Shown: positions 24,831 through 37,695 of the stretch, one piece after another | Layout of the letters: every line of letters starts with the position of its first letter | Position numbering within the stretch: position 1 is the first letter of the stretch | Assembly: GCA_030390025.1 (NCBI GenBank) | Contig: CM059440.1 | Location: forward strand, 15,810,001 to 15,874,000 | Direction of reading: 5' to 3' | DNA from: Squalus acanthias | Lineage: Eukaryota | DNA length: 64,000 nucleotides | Program-made: the position numbers and the translations under genes | Notes under the pieces: generated by a model | The model's input: the letters and a program-made list of their open reading frames with translations, nothing else | What the model was told of the DNA's origin: nothing | The model's database searches: none

Positions 24831-27800
24831 AGGAACGTGTTTTGAAACAAAATACTTTCATCCTTGGTAATTAATTGTTTGTGTGTTAAATATTATTTTT
24901 AAAACTCTGAATTGAACAATTTATCCTTTAAAGTATTGTCTGGTTTGTTCATTTAAAAAAAATCATAGGATGTAAATTGTGTCGGTAGGGTAAACAAGAG
25001 GACATAGAATCTGTTCTGTTTACCAGATGTGAAGAGTAAAATGGCAGAAAACCATTTGTGCAAAGAATTTACTGCTGAGCTTAAGGCGGATTTATAGTGA
25101 CCCCGGTAGTAGTCTTTGTAGTAATGGTGGTGCAGAGTGGGGGAGGGAGTTGGTGAAGAATAAAAGATAACGCATTCAAATTTGTGGCTGTTTATGAAAA
25201 ACCTAGGGACCTTAGCCATGGGACCCTTTGATTTGGTAGCCATGCCACAGGGGCTATTAGCCAGACCAATATCTTCCACCAATTGACTCTATTCTGCTTC
25301 TATTTAGGATAAAGTAGAAGAAAAATGTTCAATAGAAATGTTATTCGACCAGTGGTAGACCTGACAGAGTATCTCATGTGTTTGTGTTTTACCACATACA
25401 AATAATGAACTAATGAACTAACGATCAGAAGTATAATTGATAATGAGAAAGGGAGTGGATGAGAGATCCAAATATTATGGACGTAGCGAAACAAAAAATA
25501 TTTTGACACGTGTATTTACAAGTTCAAGTTTAACACCGTCCTATGCTTAAAAATATACGAGACTACTTTTTTGAAAGTGAAAAATATTTTGATTGTCATT
25601 ACATTATAGCTGTGTCGTTACTTTATAGCTGTATGTAAAGTGTGCATGAATAAAATATACCTTTAATTGAAAAGTAATAGAAATAAACCCCAAAGAGTTT
25701 GACCATTTCAGAGTTGTAAGATTAGCACAGAACATTTGATATATGGCATGTTGGTACAAAAAGATTCCTAACTGTAACTTTTACACTGTGAACAACTATT
25801 GATTTAAAACCAGTTTCAACTCCTAGATGACCCTACATTTGGCATTGTTTAAGAGTTTTGAAGCACTCATCTGCACCCCCCCCCCCCTTTCACGGTCATG
25901 TTAAATTCTCTCCTTTCTGGTCATCACAAAAACACTGTGACTGTAATCATTAAGGGGCATTCAAGGCAATTAAAGCTAACCATCCCTGATGATCACTTTT
26001 CAAGATGGCAATTAAAGCTTGAACGAATTATAAAAAAGGGGCCAGACAGGATTTTTACAGCTGCATGGTGACTCTCTTTAATTCCTTCTCCCTTCACAGC
26101 TGGGGGCCAAATATTTGGATTTTTTGTGTCTCTTTTGGGGTTGGTGGTAAAGTTATAAAGTTGCCAATAAAATTTTAAAAGGCAGGTTCAGCATTATTTT
26201 CTGCTTTAGCTTTAGCCCTGGGTGTATAGCGGTTTGGAGAATATAGTTTTGGCATGAATTGTTCAGTTCTGTTTGTTTCTCTCCCCCTTATAAATGTACA
26301 CAAAGTGCTACTCATTTCTAGTAGGGTCTCTAACTTGATACCTTTAATGCAGTTTTTTAAAACTATCATTTAATGAAAACAGTGTATGGTTGAAAGATTT
26401 TTATTTAATGAAGGAAATTATGATTTACAATGTATTTGCAGAAATAACCAAAATATAAAACTAACGCTAGTTAAAAATCATTCATTGGGATTGAAAAAAA
26501 CATCAGTTGTAATCTGATAATGGAGCATGGGAAATATAGTGCCTTTACTTTTAAAGCAGATAAAAACTTTATAGAGATGTGACTATGGGTAAGGTTTGTT
26601 TTTCCCATCGAGGTAACGATAGTGTACTGCTAGTTGCCTTATGGGGTCATGAGGTCAGATTCAGAAGTTAGAAAGTCCACAGTCACTAGGGACTTTACCA
26701 TCTGGTGGTCATAAAACAGGTAATGGTCAAAGTTTCTTTATTTTGGAGGGGGGAAGAGGCGGGGAAGGAAGACATGGTCCAGACTGTTGAAGTGAGGCCA
26801 TGCCCTGAAGCAGACAGTGTTATGGCCATACTTTTTTCTGCTTGTGTGTCTGCTGAAGGGTCAAAAGTTCAGGCTGTCCAATTTGGAGATAGGAGCAGGC
26901 AGGAGGGCTGGAATGCAAAGCTGTAAAACTGCTTCTCCCTGCCACTCCCCCTTTCCCTTACTACCCGCCTCTCTGCCTCCACATGCTGTGAGGGGGATCA
27001 GCTGTATCCCAGGCTATATGCACGGAAGGCTGCCATTGTCTCTTTCCCTGCCAGTACTGATTATTCTTTCCATTGAGAGGTTAAAACCCCTAGTGGGGGG
27101 CTTTTAAATCTGCCACTGACAGTAAAAAAGAAATGACTCCTTTCCCTGGATCTAACTATTCTGTTTTTAAATAACAATCAGTCACTTATTTATAATATCC
27201 GCTAAATAGTAAACATTATAGGAGTCGCAATTCGACCCAATTACCTGCATTGAGTTTCCACTCCAAAATAGCAAGTTGTCTTGCTGCACTAACTACAATA
27301 TAGAACATTTATAATGCTACGGCGACGTGTGCTATGCTGCTTTTAATTTGGATCATTAAAGCTTTATGTTTTCTTTTATTGTAATAAATTTATATTTAGA
27401 GTTGTTACTATGTTCATTGGTAAATGTCCACATGGTGTGTTACATCTTGTGAAGGGAATAGTGGTTGAATTATTACAGGGGATACCTCAAATGATGAGTT
27501 CCTGATTTTGGTGTGCTGGTGGGGAGGCAGTGAATAGGCATTAGGTACTTCCTTACAGAGAGAAAGGGAAATCTAGGGCTACTACAATGCCTTAAAGGGA
27601 AAATTTACTTGACTGAACTGTCACAGAATTATAAATGTTACCAATGTGGTTTGTCAGCTCTGGCTCCCCTGTTTAATGTTTTAGAACTGCTAGTTAAAGG
27701 TAGCCCAGGGGCAGACATTTTGTGTAGTAATTCTCCATGCAAGATTCTGAAGTTCCACTCTAGTGATGTTATTAATGGGGTCCATGGGTTGTGAACTGCA

Positions 27801-28114
27801 TTCCCTATTCATCATGATTTGACTGAAGTGGAACTTAATGATGTCATATGAGGGGCACCTCTGCACAAAATGTCTCTGCCAGGTCTGCCTTGCACTAGAA
27901 ACTCTAAAGTGTGAAACAGGGTAATCAGGGCAACTGAGGAACACCACTGAGTGTGCAGATATAAACCTTTGTAACATTTAGGATGATGGAGACAATTCAG
28001 TAGAATGTATGGTTCACCATTTAACACATTTTCTAATGTTTTAATTCTAATTTTTGTAATTAAAAGGAAACTAAATGTACCCACCACCTGATCTTTTTCC
28101 TTCAGTTTTCTTCT

Positions 28115-28447
28115 TCCATTTCTCCCCTGTTCCCCCTGTTATGAAGGTGATACCTCATGCTGAGGTGACATTGATGTGCCAGTCTCTCACTCAAATTTAC
28201 ATTCGTCATGTGTGAGCCCCGACAGTGGTTACTACGCTATTTAGTGAGCTATTCAATCATGGGTTCCAACATCTATATAACCACCTCCACCAGGGGTCAT
28301 TTAATGGTGATCAGGAGGAGGACCCCAACTTTATTTTTCTTCCACGTTCTTAGCCTGGGGACTCTAGTGCCAACAGTAGCATCCTGATCTCTGTGGCTTA
28401 GATTGCTTAATTCAGCATAGACAAGGGATAAAACTGTGGACCTTCCT
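28115..28447 (-). mobile_element. Family A SINE
   Basis: ccatttctcccc..gaaggtg, catgtgtgagcc, caggggtca..gatcaggag and aattcagcatagac..ggaccttcc. Confidence 0.65.
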
Positions 28448-28505
28448 TATCACTGTGACAAACTTTTGGGGGCAAGGCACTACTGGCGCAATTTTAAAAC
28501 ATCAT

Positions 28506-28663
28506 GGGGATAGATTTTTGTCTTCATCGCCTGGGCGTAGTCTGGTGGAACAGATTGCCCGCCTGTTGTAGAACCCGTCCAATAAAAATCATTGGGTTCT
28601 ATAATGGGCAGACGATCTGCTCTGCCAAATTACTGCCCAGTGGTGAAGACGAAAATCTACCCC
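28506..28663. mobile_element. Near-complete hairpin MITE (Harbinger-like)
   Basis: About 70-bp arms GGGGATAGATTTTTGTCTTCATCGCCTGGGC...TAGAACCC versus GGGTTCTA...GCCCAGTGGTGAAGACGAAAATCTACCCC. Flanks cat/tat. Confidence 0.85.
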
Positions 28664-31600
28664 TATTGAAAGCTTATCACATCCACTGGTGTGTGTGCTG
28701 TACGTACATTTGTTCAAAATTAAAAAAATTCTTCAGGGCCAGACGTCCTCATACTTGCTCAGCCGCTGACCTCCGCTCCTGACCCCACTGGAGTAATCTT
28801 ATCTTAATTATTAATGGTGGGTGGCTGTGCCAGTTTGTTTGAATTTTGGGTGCCTGCTAGAGAGGGAGAAAAAGATGCAATGCTGAATAGCCACTTGAGG
28901 ATGCCACTGGCATGCCCCTTCCAAAAGTTCCATCCCTGCAGGTAAGTGACCCGATGGTAAAAATGATTAAAGGTCAATTCTGGGGTCTTTCATGCCATGA
29001 TGCTGACTTGCAGACCCAAGTGGGTTGAATTTGCATCCCTCCAAGAATCAGGATGCTGGTTTATTTCCAATATCCAGATTGTTAGATGCAAAGGCAGAAG
29101 CTGTGGGAATTTGACTGGGGAAACCATCCCTCCGACCTCTTTCTGACATTGGGCTTTTCGTGAGGCAGATGGAACTTCTGCTCGCCCTAGGTTTCAGTGG
29201 AAATTTGGCTCATCTGCTCTTCTGAACGATGGACCTGGCATTGCTGGATCCCACCTAATTTTTCCACTCGCTGAGCCTCTTCCACCCACTTTACCCCATT
29301 GCACCCAGGCTCTGAAAAAATTTAAGCCTTTGGCTTCCATTTTCCTTTAAATTTGCATCTTGGCCTTCCTTCCTGTCTTCATATAGATCTCTCCATAGAT
29401 ACTAATATTTAAAATTTCCATGTCTTTTTGAGTAAACTGTACCAGCTCTCTGCTCTTAGATGAAACATTCTATGACGGTAGCATACTTCACCCCTGATGC
29501 CCAAACTGCTCTGTTGGAAGGAGGTAGTGGGAGCACCCAGATTCAGAATGGGTGTAAATATCACATTTTTTATTTGGAAAAATTCTAGATCAGTCATTGA
29601 AGCAGACATTTTGAGCTTAGGATAACATTTGAAATAGATTTAGCAGTTTTTTGCTAGCTTGCTGGTATAGTTTTTGCATGATCTCTTTGAAAAAGGAAAT
29701 TGCACCTTCATATTATCAATTTTTAACTTATTTTAATATGTATCCTTCATAAAACACCATAAATTGTTTAATGTAACTCAATTTTGAGGGTGGTTGATTA
29801 GCATAACAAGTCCAAATGATTTGGGAATCCAGTAAATTAGTCAAGTTATGATTGAGGATAAGAGGCATGCTCAAATTGTTATCTGTTCACATGTGAAATG
29901 AGGCAGAGTCCACTGGTTCAAAAGGTCATAACCTTTTCTTTACTGGTCACTACAGATTCTTGGAACTCAGATGTGGGGGTGGCAGTGGAATGGTATCAGC
30001 AACAATGGAGCTGTATATCACTTTTAAAGCAGCAATGGCCTTATAACCCTTTTGGCTACTGTACTCATACCTATATTTAAGCATTGGGCATAACAAAGCT
30101 TTTGGAACTGTGCTAGGACACCAGAGTGAATGCAAATTGAATTAGATTTTTTTTTCTCTGGAATCTTTGGTACGACCCAGATTGCTCTTTTACTGGCCCC
30201 CAGTGCTGATCATCCTTCTTTGGGTAGTGTTTGTAGCCCCCTACCGCGAAGCCTAAATCCTCAAAGCTTTCTAGTGAGAAACATCAAAAAGGTGCAAAGG
30301 CAAAAAATATGGGATTCATTACAGACCTAATTAGGCTTGGGAAAAAATCATTTCCTGGGCCAATTTTCAGAAGGGCAGTTGCGCACATTTCTGTTGCATA
30401 ACTACACTGCATATTAATGGTAACTTAATACTGTAGCTTGCATACATCTTTTTGTGAATCTATAGGTTTTGAGGAGCTCGGGCTACATTTTCATCTATAT
30501 CATCTTCTAAATGGTCCTATGTACATGCTGATTGTGAGCAAAAAAAATGTAGCAGAAAGATTCCTTGCTTTTATACTTTAGTTGAATTAGATAATCTGTT
30601 TTGCAGAGTAGTTTGAACCTCATTTACTTGCAGTCTGGTGTATGCCCCTGCAAATGACAGGATTGTAAGAGTATATACAAGAATGATTAAAACATGAGCA
30701 GGGTTCATTGTTTGCAGCACATATATAGTACAACTTCTACATCCTTCAACTAGAATAAAGTTTAAATTGCCATATACAGCAAGGTGGATATTCACTTTAC
30801 GATTTGGTTGATTTATGCTAAAGCAGAGTCCTAAATATGGTGTGGAGAATATGCTGTAGGAAGACAATCCTTTGTGTTGTACTAACTTTTGGTGCCTACA
30901 CAAGTTTTGAGATCTCCTGAGGCCTTCTGCCAAACTGATTTATTATCTTCTTGAGCTTTTGAAGACTTGAATATACAGTACAGTACAAAGTATGAAATCA
31001 GAGACGTAAAACAACTTTAATCCAAACTGTGGTACTGCAGGTCTGGAGAAATCAAGTGTTCCTCAGTCCTGCAACTGTAAAGATTTGACCAGGCTACTAG
31101 AATATAGAATTTCGTACAGGATTTGACCATTGACCAGTACCACAATTTCCCTACCAATTCTAGTTTAATATCTGGAAGACAAGCACTTCCAGTAAATAGA
31201 TCAGTTGAGAGATTGCCACTGTTAGTGTTTGTTGTAATACTGTATTGCACATTATTTGCTGTTTCTTGGTTTTGACTGTTAAAAGAAAACAAAATGTAAT
31301 CAATGACAAAGTTTGTATATTTTATGGCCTTGGACCAGTAATTTACACAACAGCAGCATTTCCCAACCCTGCTCACAGTATAAAACACTACGGCAATTTG
31401 GAAAGCATGCTTACTGAGGATGTGTATTTTCAAAACTGAGACACGATATTGAGCAGCAGGTAGGACTCTCAGTAAAGCCTTTGTTTTAGCAGTATCTCTT
31501 ACAATATATAGCATTTTTTCTGGGAGGTTGGACAAATGTTTCAAAGGCCAAAGACCTGTCTCAACGTTTCAATTTAATGCCCAAATTAATGGACATTTGA

Positions 31601-31760
31601 TCCAGAAAGTTCACTGAACTTGCCAACCAGGTTTATTGATATGCCTAGATGAAAACCAGGGTTACTCAAATTATTTATAAAGGCTGCAGTAAACTCCGTG
31701 TGCACTTAATCTGATTTTTTTAAAACATTATTTGTGTATCGTGTGGGCTTGCGCATTATA

Positions 31761-32115
31761 CAGGAAACTCTCGTTTAAACGGCACCTAAATATCCAGAAT
31801 TCTCTAATAACCGGCAGAATTCATACTCCGAAAACTACAGTATACAGTCGTTTATAAGTTTTGTTTTACTGTTAAGTAATTAAAGAGTTATGGATTACCC
31901 TCAACTGGCATTACTGTACTTAATCAAGCATCTTCCACCATCCATTTAACACAACATTCTGTAGGGGAGTACTCAATTATACTGCACATTTCTTGATTTT
32001 TTAATTTTTGTTTGTTAAAAATAGCCTCGGTAGATATACCTCTCTGTTATCCGGAATTTTTAATCAACCGGCACCATCCCGGTCCCGTCAGTGCCGGATA
32101 CAAAAGAGTTTCCTG
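31761..32115. mobile_element. Tc1/mariner (Tigger/pogo-like) MITE
   Basis: TIRs CAGGAAACTCT / AGAGTTTCCTG; TA TSD at 31759-60 and 32116-17. Subterminal tatcc(a/g)gaatt and aaccggca repeats. Confidence 0.85.
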
Positions 32116-33096
32116 TATTAAGCCTCTTAATAGGTACAGAAATAAATTAATGTAGCATGTTTCAGACTGAGATATATGAACTCACAGATGTGGCTGTGCA
32201 TACTGTATTCACTATTGTAATCTTATAGCATTCTGATGTTTTGGACTTGTTGAAAGTGAGTAAGAAATTACAAAAAATGTAAGTACTGCGTCCTGACTCA
32301 ACCATATGAAAGCAAGTTTCATAGTTTTATGGTAAATTTTTATAAGAATCTTATACTTTTATTGATGATACAGTTTCAGAAAACAAACTAATGGTGTATT
32401 TTTTCCTCTTCTTCCATATGCTGTCGATGTTTCCTTTGGTGGATATACTCAGGTAAGCATTTCATTTTTGTTGTTGTTGCTCTAGATGTTACATCACAAA
32501 AGTAGGCAGCTGGAGTTTTACTGTCTATTAGAATTTGTGTAAACTCAATTATTTAATATGTGTATATGTAGAGTTCAACAATTTCTAATTAAGAAAATAT
32601 TTTAATCTTTATATCCAACTCTGTCAGCTATAAAATGTTGCGTCAAAACCACACAATTTCTATCTACAAGTCTGCATAGAATGATCCAATTTCTTGCAGG
32701 AAGAGTTTATTTCCCCTTCCCCGTTAATACCTCCCCACCCCCAGCCTTCCATCATTTGAAATTGATTACATTCTAGGTAATCGCACATACGATTCAATAA
32801 GCAATTTGAAACTATTAATCAGACATGGAAAAAGGTTTCACAGCAGCAGAACCTGGCTGCAAATTGTATAATATGTCACAATTTTCTGTTGCATATACTA
32901 CAAATGGAGCCAACCTTCTTTGTCTTCAGCTCTTTGTTGCATGTGTGATATATCAGTTGAGCATCATGTTTCTTTGGGGGAGGAGTTGGGGGAGTCATTT
33001 GAAAAGGGGGAAAAAAAACAAAAAAGCCCTGCTGTCTTTAAGTCATTCACGTTCAGAGATTCCATTTGCTGTCCTGTCCTGTCCTGTCCACTGCAG

Positions 33097-33169
33097 TTCT
33101 GAGTACCAGATGGTATCTTTATTGCAGCTGTGCAGAGTGGATGCAGGCAGTGTCTCATGGCAATGTATT
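33097..33169 (+). other. Candidate small exon
   Basis: Acceptor tgctgtcctgtcctgtcctgtccactgcag; donor ATT|gtgagt; 73 nt. Confidence 0.3.
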
Positions 33170-34224
33170 GTGAGTGAGCTGAAGGGTTAAGACAAAAAAA
33201 AGTGCAGTTGAAAATCTAGTGCTACATGTGGTGCGAATGGGGCCTTGAATGATCTCTAAATTATTGTGTTTAGTATTGGTATTAAAAACAAGTTTAAAAA
33301 AAAAGAAATTACCACGTAAATTTTTTGAAGTGCCATACCCTCTAACATCTGTGAGCTTAAAAAATTATGTTGTTTATATATAGGGTATGGATACCTTTTT
33401 GGCAGTGGTTAAATTCAATATTAATGCTACGGGGAAAATTAATGCCCCTGTATCTATTAGCAAACAGTACCCAAATTAATTCAGTTCTAGTGTACTGCTG
33501 TAAATTGTGCAATTTTCAAAAAGTAGACTTGTTTTGGGGAAATGTACCTTTTTTTGGTGGCTTTCTGAAAGTCAGAGGTGCCAGACGTGGTTTTAATTGT
33601 TGCTTTCCCATGTGAGCAACAAATACAATATTAGCGGTTTTGTCGACCACCAGTCTTACTGCTGAAGTCCATCCTGCTTTTACCCATAACAGCAATGCAT
33701 TGCTTTTCCCAGCATTTCCTGGTGTGCCTCCTCCATAGTTGTGGATAGCTTTATGTGGGGGCGGGTGGAGAGGGAGACTGTTAATTTAAATAAAGAAGGT
33801 AAACACTAGGATTTTTACTTTTTTTTTCTCCCTTCACATAAATGGGAAATGGGCTTTACAGTACCCAGCAGGGAACAGCATGAGGACATTAGGCAGTCAG
33901 GCTGGCCATAGTTTTGGCTGCCATATCCGCCCCCCCTTTCCCACCCAATAACTGGTAAAATCTCTCTGCACTATAAATGGGATAATCTTACCAGCAGGTA
34001 GATAAAACCTCAAATGCATCGAGTTGCTTTCAAAAGCAGCTCTGTGCTGTAAGTTGGGTAGAAGAAAGAACTAAGACAGACCGTGGTCTGTGGTCTCTGG
34101 TTTTGGATGAAACCATCACTAGTGGTGTCTTGTTTTCATATGGTTGACTGTCTCCCACAACATTACAATAGTTCTTTTTGGGTTTACCACTAGGTTACTT
34201 TCTATTCTGCACCCTCCCCCCCAA

Positions 34225-34227
<3 letters not shown>

Positions 34228-34260
<33 letters not shown>
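34228..34260. repeat. (CA)n microsatellite
   Basis: Direct reading. Confidence 0.95.
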
Positions 34261-34262
<2 letters not shown>

Positions 34263-34645
34263 CAACTCATCATTTTGAGATCACTCAAGACTTACTAAAG
34301 TATGTTAATTTAAGCTAAATTGTGATTTTATTTACATCTGTTTATAGAAAAAGATGAATATATTGTATCGTGTATAATTATTTGGCTCTAGGCAAAACTT
34401 TCTGTATCCTTTTTTGGTTTGGAACATTTTGGGTAAAGTTGGCACAGATGTACAACACAAGCATTGCTCTCGCTTCAGTTAATTGCAATTCACTTTTTAA
34501 TGGAGACTCAAAAGAACCTGCTTCTAGAATTATCCCCAATCTGGTTATCACTGTGCCTACATCTAAAAATGGTAATAACTTATTCATTTATCAAACCATT
34601 AGTAATTATCCATGTGGTTAGGACAACCAGGAAAAAAAACCTGAG

Positions 34646-34776
34646 TGCAAAATACTGCATATGCTGGAGATCTGAAATAAAAACAGAAAATGCAGGAAAC
34701 ACTCAGCAGGTCAGGTAGCATCTGTGGAGAGAGAAACGTAGGGTTAACATTTCAGGTCGATGCCCTTTGGTCAGAA
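34646..34776. mobile_element. Penelope-type terminal repeat arm (shark palindromic repeat family)
   Basis: gcaaaatactgc..gctggagatctgaaataaaaacagaaaatgcaggaaacactcagcaggtcagg..catctgtggagagagaaac..gttaacatttcaggtcgat; homologous to 41309 and 45256. Confidence 0.7.
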
Positions 34777-36558
34777 AAAACCTTAGTCTATGTAGGCCCA
34801 AAATGGTGATGATACAGTTTTAAGCCTCACAAAGGTCTGTCTACATTTCAGTTACTTTTGTTCAGCAGATTTGCCCCCAGCATGAGGTCCGCTAGCCATT
34901 TCTAGCACTGTGTGTATGTACACAGTCTGTCTTCAGGCTCAGCAGTGGTCTTTTGCACCAAGTAATTATGACACGGAAAACACAAAGGAAGCGCACACTC
35001 ATTTAGGTGCAACTCCCTTCTCTTTAAAGATGCAGTATCTCTTAATTGTTGTTGACTTTCATAATGAAATTGCCTGACCATCAAAAGCAAAACCTCGTAC
35101 CAAATCAGAACTGAAAAACAAACTACAAAGCTAAAAGGCAAATTTTGTCCATTTGATTGTTTATAGGTTCGCTGACTGCCCCATACCTCCTAATCATACT
35201 TCCCCATTCTGTTCAGTGAAAATATATATTTTTATGTTCCCATAACGCCAAGATTCAGCACTTGATATTTGTCACCATTCCGAATGCTTACTGATAAGCT
35301 AAGCCAAAACTTACAGTTTCAGGAGAAAATCCTTCCAGTTTGATTGCTGACTGCAATTGGTACATAATCAGGGTTACCATGGAGGGTTACATAATCAGCT
35401 ATTTATCACTTGCACAGGCTATTTAAACACTCCCTTCCTGAAGAATTAATATTTTATTCTGAGAAAGCAAAGATTCATTTCTAAAACAAACACTTTTATT
35501 TACAAATCTATCTCCACATCAATAATTATATTTCAAAACAAGATACAATAATACATTTTGAAATTCTGTGAATAATTAGATTAAATTAGTGGACTCCTGT
35601 TATGGACATTTGTTAAAGTTCCAATTAATTTCTCATGCCTTTTTCAGTGCACTTCTATTTACATGTTCACCCATCAAATACTTAAAGGGAATACTGACAG
35701 CCTTAAATCAATTTCTGTCCCATTTTTGAAAAAGGAATTGTTTCGAGTAGTGCAGTTAAAAGCTGCTTAAACTTGTTTTTTCTTTAAAAAATAAATAAAC
35801 TGCTGATCAGGAGAGCTACAACAGCTTTAGGCAATTAAATGACTAACTGGAGCTCATGATACAAATGTGGAGTTTAATTGTTTCCTGCTTCTGTAAACAG
35901 ATAGCCAGACATGCTGAAAATTGAACTGTCATTCCAAATCTAATGCATCTGCTGCCATCTTTTAGATTTCTGTGACCCTCATTATAATGTAGATTAGGAT
36001 TGCCGAGAGAGGATTTAGTCTTCATTAGTGTTTTTGTAAAATGTGTATGTTTTTTGTGTGTGATTGCATTGTAACTTATCTTGGTTCTTCTTTTTCAATG
36101 TTTTAAGATTTACCCCTAACCCCACTACTTTAATACAACACACTTAGTCTGAATCATTCTACAGTAAATACCAGTAATCAACACAAAATTAAAAATTGTT
36201 ACTATCCCTTTGTCAACATCATGAGCCATTAATGCTTTATTTCTGAATGTCATCATATTTCAAGGAAATAATATGCATTGTCAGCTGTCAGGCAAAAATG
36301 TGTCAAAACCTGAATGGACAGAACATAAAGAACAAGGAATATATTATCAAAAAAATAAGATACCAGGAAGTGAGTTCAGGCTGTAAACTAATCTTGAAGT
36401 TTTGATGATTTTTTTTGTAAACTACTGTCATTGTTTTTGATATTATCTGAATCGCTCCATTAGATGAATTGCACCTTTACAACTATCCTAAGTGCCATTA
36501 ATTCCCAACAATAATTGTAACTGTTCCATATCAGTATTGGAGCAAGTTTAAAGATGCA

Positions 36559-36729
36559 GGGGTAGAAATTCATCTTAGGTGGTAGTGCAAAATGAGGGGT
36601 ATTGTATCAGCTTCACGTTATATTCCATGCCCGATATTCAGTTCCATTGACTTCAATAGAATGGAATAACAAGCAACCGATGCAATGACGCCCATTTAGC
36701 GCTGCCATCCAAGGCAAATTTCTGTCCTG
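36559..36729. mobile_element. Foldback MITE, same family as 9359
   Basis: GGGGTAGAAATTCATCTTAGGTGGTAGTGC versus GCGCTGCCATCCAAGGCAAATTTCTGTCC; central ttccattgacttcaat. Confidence 0.7.
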
Positions 36730-36894
36730 CAAAGTTATGTTTTGGTACGTTGCAACAAGATTTGGAGAGGGAGCCTACTCCTGCTGGACCACTACTTAAA
36801 TGGCACCCTGTTTAGGTGGAGGTACCACAAACCTAAAAGGTGGGGGGAAGGTGCATTGTTACAATACAGAAATTCTCTTTTCAAGCAGTAGCCA

Positions 36895-37015
36895 GAAAGT
36901 AGGAAGGGAGCAAGGGGAGGTGACCAAAAGCACAGTCAATGTGGTATGTTTTGACAAGGCTTTTGAAGGAAAGGAGAGAGGTGGCAAGTCAAAGAGTTTA
37001 AGGGAGATATTTCAT
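36895..37015 (-). mobile_element. L2 fragment
   Basis: ggtgaccaaaagc..gtcaa..gaaggaaaggagagaggtgg..gtttaagggag; similar to 24170-24225. Confidence 0.5.
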
Positions 37016-37021
37016 ATTCAG

Positions 37022-37125
37022 AAAAGAAAGACCTTGGATTTATATAGTGCCTTATATCCTCAGAATGCTTTACAGCCATTGGATTACTTTTGAAGTGTAG
37101 TCACTTGCTATTTAGGCAAACTTGG
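37022..37125 (-). mobile_element. SacSINE1-like 3' tail
   Basis: atttatatagtgcc..gctttacagcca..tacttttgaagtgtagtcact is antisense to 16420-16500. Confidence 0.65.
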
Positions 37126-37299
37126 AAGTAGATTTCATTTCATTATCCTAAAGTAACAATGGACCAATTTATTTTACAGTAAAGATGGTTTGAAGTAGTT
37201 TGAAACTCATAATCTTCCATCAAAGTTTTTGAGCTGTTCAAGATGATTGCTTAGGATAAAAAGAGTAAAAGGTTTCAATGAGTTAGATACAATGATAGG

Positions 37300-37373
37300 A
37301 GTGTGTATTAACTAGAAGGGTGAGCTTTGATCGGCTCAATGGCCTTTTCTCATCCCTGACTCTTATGTTCTTA
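37300..37373 (+). mobile_element. CR1 3' tail
   Basis: gagctttgatcggctcaatggcc...tcttatgttcttat. Confidence 0.55.
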
Positions 37374-37581
37374 TCAATGAAGACTATCTGGTCTGCAGGC
37401 TGCTAATTCCTAAGAATAATATATTGTACCTTAAAGTCTGGCCACAGTATGCTCCCTAAAATAGGATTTCAAAATATGCAACATAAATAATTAGCGAATA
37501 TATAATGTATGAGATTGTGCACTCATAACTGAAGCAAGCTATATTTTGCTTTCTTTAAATCTTGCTGAATATACTGTTATA

Positions 37582-37695
37582 ACTGAGGGAATGCTGCATT
37601 GTTGGAGGTGCCACCTTTTGGACGAGATGTTAAACCGATGCCCCACCTACCTACTCAGTGACGTGAAAGATCCCACGGCACTATTCAAAGAAGAA
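37582..37695 (+). mobile_element. Deu-domain SINE core fragment (SacSINE1/AmnSINE1-like)
   Basis: gagggaatgctgcattgttggaggtgccaccttttggacgagatgttaaaccga...aaagatcccacggcact matches the Deu core as I recall it. Confidence 0.8.

Noticed and set aside
19440-28447. Inverted family A SINE pairs as dsRNA or circRNA drivers
   Set aside because: The copies appear too diverged and indel-ridden for stable long duplexes.
31017-31544. 175-aa minus-strand ORF
   Set aside because: Non-ATG start, no motif and no convincing splice context.
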